A stretch of 40,218 nucleotides of DNA, from positions 1 through 40,218 of the IMG/VR virus record IMGVR_UViG_3300038603_000026, one strand, 5' to 3'. Made by a program: the position numbers and the translations under genes. The notes beneath the pieces are model-generated. The model had not been told where the DNA came from. It saw only the letters and a list, made by a program, of their open reading frames with translations, and made no database searches. Positions within the stretch are counted from its first letter, which is position 1. Each line of letters starts with the position of its first letter. Of the stretch, positions 37,180-40,218 are shown in pieces. The stretch is from a virus (lineage: Duplodnaviria > Caudoviricetes).

Positions 37180-37611
37180 TTAAGATGTAGTGATAGGGGT
37201 GCGAGTAACAACGCCGCTAGAGCCGAATGTAACCGAAGTAGTTACAGCTGTACCGTCAACTGGAGCAGTATCTGCTACGCCTGAAACTTGGAAGTTGCCG
37301 GTGAACGTTTCACCACTTGAGCCACACTGAATAACAGCATTAATATGCGTACCTGAGAATGCAGCAGCACGAACAGCCTCAAAACCAGCATCACTGTTGT
37401 AGTGTAGAGAGCCTGAGAATGTGATTTGCTTAGATGTTGTCACACCATCAAACAGCTCAATAAAGTCCTGAGATGACTTATTGGTAACATCGATAGGTTC
37501 ACCACCGATTGTCATTGTTCCTTCAAGCTGACCAACGAGTTGAGTCTCTGAGCCTGATGTTCCGGTCATGATGTAGTAATCACTACCTTTTACTTTTCCT
37601 GGAGTTGTCAT
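37180..37611 (-). CDS. Major tail tube protein
   Basis: EPIDVTNKSS, ITFSGS, FTGNFQVS, SVTFGSSG. Confidence 0.88.
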   Translation of the reverse strand: MTTPGKVKGSDYYIMTGTSGSETQLVGQLEGTMTIGGEPIDVTNKSSQDFIELFDGVTTSKQITFSGSLHYNSDAGFEAVRAAAFSGTHINAVIQCGSSGETFTGNFQVSGVADTAPVDGTAVTTSVTFGSSGVVTRTPITTS

Positions 37612-37613
37612 AG

Positions 37614-38036
37614 TTATAACCTTCTGTAGTTAATTGTGATAGCTATTTGGTACCAACTTTCACTAATCAAAGGAGCAGCAAAGGTTGATTCTTCAATTTC
37701 AACGTTAGTCCCGTTGTATGTAATTGTATCATGCTCTGGGAATGCAGATAAAACATCAGTAACAATCTCAAGAGCACGTAAATTATAACGCTTTGAGCCG
37801 CCAGTTGCATCGTTTAGCGGTACAAACACATCAACCTGAAATAAACCTGTATCTTCAGCGCTCATTGCGGTCTTGCTTGAGCCCCCGCGCTCTACAGGAA
37901 TGAAGTTGGTTGATAGCCAAGCGTCTTTGTTTGTTGGGTCAAAATCAGCATTATCATAAGCAATGTCACTCGCATCAATATCAGTGATTGATGATGTGGT
38001 AAGCCTTTGAATTAATGCGTTATAAATATCAATCAT
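37614..38036 (-). CDS. Tail terminator / completion protein
   Basis: GLFQVDVFVP motif; position. Confidence 0.75.
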   Translation of the reverse strand: MIDIYNALIQRLTTSSITDIDASDIAYDNADFDPTNKDAWLSTNFIPVERGGSSKTAMSAEDTGLFQVDVFVPLNDATGGSKRYNLRALEIVTDVLSAFPEHDTITYNGTNVEIEESTFAAPLISESWYQIAITINYRRL

Positions 38037-38482
38037 AGTTTGTTAGCCATTTTCTTGATTGCAATGCGTACCATGCCAGCCGGAGCTTGCTTTGAGTAAC
38101 CGTTTTGAGATAGCTTTTGGAATGAACTACCAGTCCAAGTTCCATACTTAGGGTTTTGAGGGTACCCTCCATATTCAATAACTGTTGCGTAATCCATGTT
38201 ATTCGTAAAATACACAGTCTTATCTAGTATGTAATCTGGCATCTTGCCAATTGATGAGTATGAGGCATTCCCTCGCTTATTCTTACCTCTAGTTTGCTTG
38301 CTAGGTGCTCTAGTGGTTAAAAACCAGTTATTTCTAAGTCTACCACCATCCTCAAAATGAACAGGGGTAGCGGTGACAATGTCAGTTAATCCATTAACCC
38401 AAACTGATTTAACAAAATCATTGGTATCTTCCTTAATATCCACAATGGCTTTTGTTACCTTCTCCAACCCAATCAGCGGCAT
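38033..38482 (-). CDS. Neck protein (HK97 gp10-like)
   Basis: TPV...GRLRNNW, NNMDYATVIEYG, SKQAPAGMVR. Confidence 0.85.
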   Translation of the reverse strand: MPLIGLEKVTKAIVDIKEDTNDFVKSVWVNGLTDIVTATPVHFEDGGRLRNNWFLTTRAPSKQTRGKNKRGNASYSSIGKMPDYILDKTVYFTNNMDYATVIEYGGYPQNPKYGTWTGSSFQKLSQNGYSKQAPAGMVRIAIKKMANKL

Positions 38483-38862
38483 TATCTCAACCTCACAATC
38501 AGCTTCTGCACGATAGATTCACCATAAGGCTCAACAGGGTCTTTCGTAATCATCACCCATTCTTTACCATCGCGCTTAATAGTTTCACCTTGTTGAATCT
38601 GTGTCTCGTAGTTAGCGACAGTTAAACCAGCATCACCCTGCTTAATCATGGTCCCATCAATCAATGAGCGTGAGATTGTGGTAAATACAGCGTTAATAGG
38701 AATCTCTTCCTTCGTAACAGTTGGCGGGTCGATTGGACTTGTTCCGCCTGAAGTCGTTTCTTTCACATGATACACAGTCGGGTTATTTGCGCCATTGCCA
38801 AACTCAACACCAAAATCTGTAACAAGGTCATCTGCGAATTTAATCCAGTCTTTAGCTGACAT
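38482..38862 (-). CDS. Head closure / head-tail joining protein
   Basis: IDGTMIKQGD motif; position. Confidence 0.75.
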   Translation of the reverse strand: MSAKDWIKFADDLVTDFGVEFGNGANNPTVYHVKETTSGGTSPIDPPTVTKEEIPINAVFTTISRSLIDGTMIKQGDAGLTVANYETQIQQGETIKRDGKEWVMITKDPVEPYGESIVQKLIVRLR

Positions 38863-39406
38863 ATCGACCACCATACAAACCAGTACCTTTACCATCGTAG
38901 AGGTAATCATCACGATTCAGGCCATTTGATTTCATGTAAGGCTGAAGCCATTGAGTAACAGCAGGAACAAAAGGCGTTGTACGTGAGCTAGAGCCGTTTT
39001 TGTATGTGCGAGACCCAACTCCATCAAGTGACTCACTAGACACCTCCTGAGCCTTTGCTGTTTGGTTTACATCTGCACCTTTATTGATGCTGTCAGCGTA
39101 GGCCAGTTGAGCGTAGATAACATCTTGAGGAATTGAATTGCTAGGCACGTAAAAGCCGTTAGCATAAATACCTTCACGCGGGTAAATTCCAGTTTGCTCA
39201 CTGCTAACCAAACATCCCTTTAATCGGCTCTGGTAGCTTCTCTTGAGTTGATAGTAAGCTTGAGTGAGTTGAGATTTTGCTGTTTCGTCATCTGCGTTTA
39301 GTGTTAAGCCTAGCGCTTCTACTTGCACTCGCGCATCTTCTAGACTGATAAAGGAGTTTGCCGAAGCTATTACGCTTCCATCCTCCACAATGATTGTAAT
39401 CGCCAT
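38852..39406 (-). CDS. Head-tail adaptor (DnaT-like ssDNA-binding annotation family)
   Basis: IIVEDGS...ANSFIS, YPR, IPQDVIYAQ, LQPYM. Confidence 0.82.
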   Translation of the reverse strand: MAITIIVEDGSVIASANSFISLEDARVQVEALGLTLNADDETAKSQLTQAYYQLKRSYQSRLKGCLVSSEQTGIYPREGIYANGFYVPSNSIPQDVIYAQLAYADSINKGADVNQTAKAQEVSSESLDGVGSRTYKNGSSSRTTPFVPAVTQWLQPYMKSNGLNRDDYLYDGKGTGLYGGRYVS

Positions 39407-39473
39407 GATTCCACCCTTTTAATGATTGTATGGTTATTATACATCTTAACGCCAGATAAAGAAAAACCCCGCA

Positions 39474-39755
39474 TTAGCGAGGTTTGTTGTACATTTCGTT
39501 GATTCTTTCCATCATATCGCGGATTGGTTTAACATCATCATTTCTCTCTTCGATATAGCTGCCAATATGATTTACATAACCATCAAAGCAGTATTGACAC
39601 CTTAGCAACCCAAAGAAGTGCCTACCAGTCGCATTGCAAGATTGGCACTCATTTTTTATTACCGACAATCTTAGCTTTGAATAAGACCCAACTCTATCCC
39701 GTGAGCTAGGTTTATTTTGCTCAAGCCTCTTTCTAAACTCTGCTAGTTTGTACAT
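39474..39755 (-). CDS. Zinc-finger (DnaJ-like CxxCxxxG) hypothetical protein
   Basis: CQSCNATG...CQYCFDG. Confidence 0.6.
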   Translation of the reverse strand: MYKLAEFRKRLEQNKPSSRDRVGSYSKLRLSVIKNECQSCNATGRHFFGLLRCQYCFDGYVNHIGSYIEERNDDVKPIRDMMERINEMYNKPR

Positions 39756-39765
39756 TTATCTATCC

Positions 39766-40071
39766 TTAATCTTCATTATAAAGCATTTCATAAAGCATCT
39801 TGTCCATATTTTCAGATATGTAATCAAGCGATACGTTTTGCATAAACACGATTGTGTCTTGAGACTCTAACCAGTCTCTACTTTCAAAGTAATCAATGTC
39901 ACCATATGAAAGTTGGTTAAAGATTTTATGCACATACTCATCATCAAGACCGCAACAGTCCCAAACAATGCCGATAGCGTTAAATCCACCTCCATACCTA
40001 GCTGTCTGGATTCGAATGTCTATGTCAAAACTTCCGTTTAATATTACTGTGCCTTCTTTGTTAATTTTCAC
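39766..40071 (-). CDS. Hypothetical acidic protein
   Basis: 101 aa, AAGGA RBS; first gene downstream of the non-coding region on the circle. Confidence 0.6.
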   Translation of the reverse strand: MKINKEGTVILNGSFDIDIRIQTARYGGGFNAIGIVWDCCGLDDEYVHKIFNQLSYGDIDYFESRDWLESQDTIVFMQNVSLDYISENMDKMLYEMLYNED

Positions 40072-40091
40072 AATCCATCCTTAAATTTAAA

Positions 40092-40218
40092 CAATAGTAT
40101 TCATTAGAGGCTTTGGGTGATACATCACTTAAAATCATTAAGATAAGTACCAGATAACCACTTTTGCTATTTTCAAACACCTACTCGATATGCGAAACAG
40201 TTTTTAGAGATGTCGCTC
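40092..40218. repeat. Terminal 127 bp exact overlap, copy 2
   Basis: Identical to 1-127. Confidence 0.95.

Overview
This window is an apparently complete, circularly assembled ~40.1 kb tailed dsDNA phage genome of siphovirus type. Bases 1-127 are repeated exactly at 40092-40218, which looks like an assembly overlap. The host is probably Vibrio or a related marine gammaproteobacterium, inferred from the SSB sequence. The head module (TerS, TerL, portal, HNH, minor head, scaffold, capsid; 11918->4407, - strand) and the neck/tail module (39406->29565, - strand) are separated by ~5 kb of small accessory genes and a ~540 nt promoter-driven structured non-coding region. The middle carries ERF/HNH/SSB/MazG, a replication initiator with internal iterons, DnaB, a RuvC-like resolvase, NinX and an M15 endolysin. 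I found no integrase, CI-type repressor, tRNA or CRISPR array. Most notable: (1) a 2,213 bp ISL3-family transposon (23584-25796) with terminal inverted repeats and an 8 bp target duplication; it carries four small passenger genes and splits a PAPS-reductase-like gene inside codon 5. (2) Two PAPS-reductase-like genes, both with beta-clamp-type motifs. (3) A C4/IsrK-like structured RNA with alternative long-range pairings. (4) An orphan Phd/YefM-like gene behind a palindromic operator. (5) A replication-operon promoter containing a 13 bp tandem triplication, followed by an amber-interrupted RHH-like regulator. All functional calls come from motif recognition by eye; no database searches were run.
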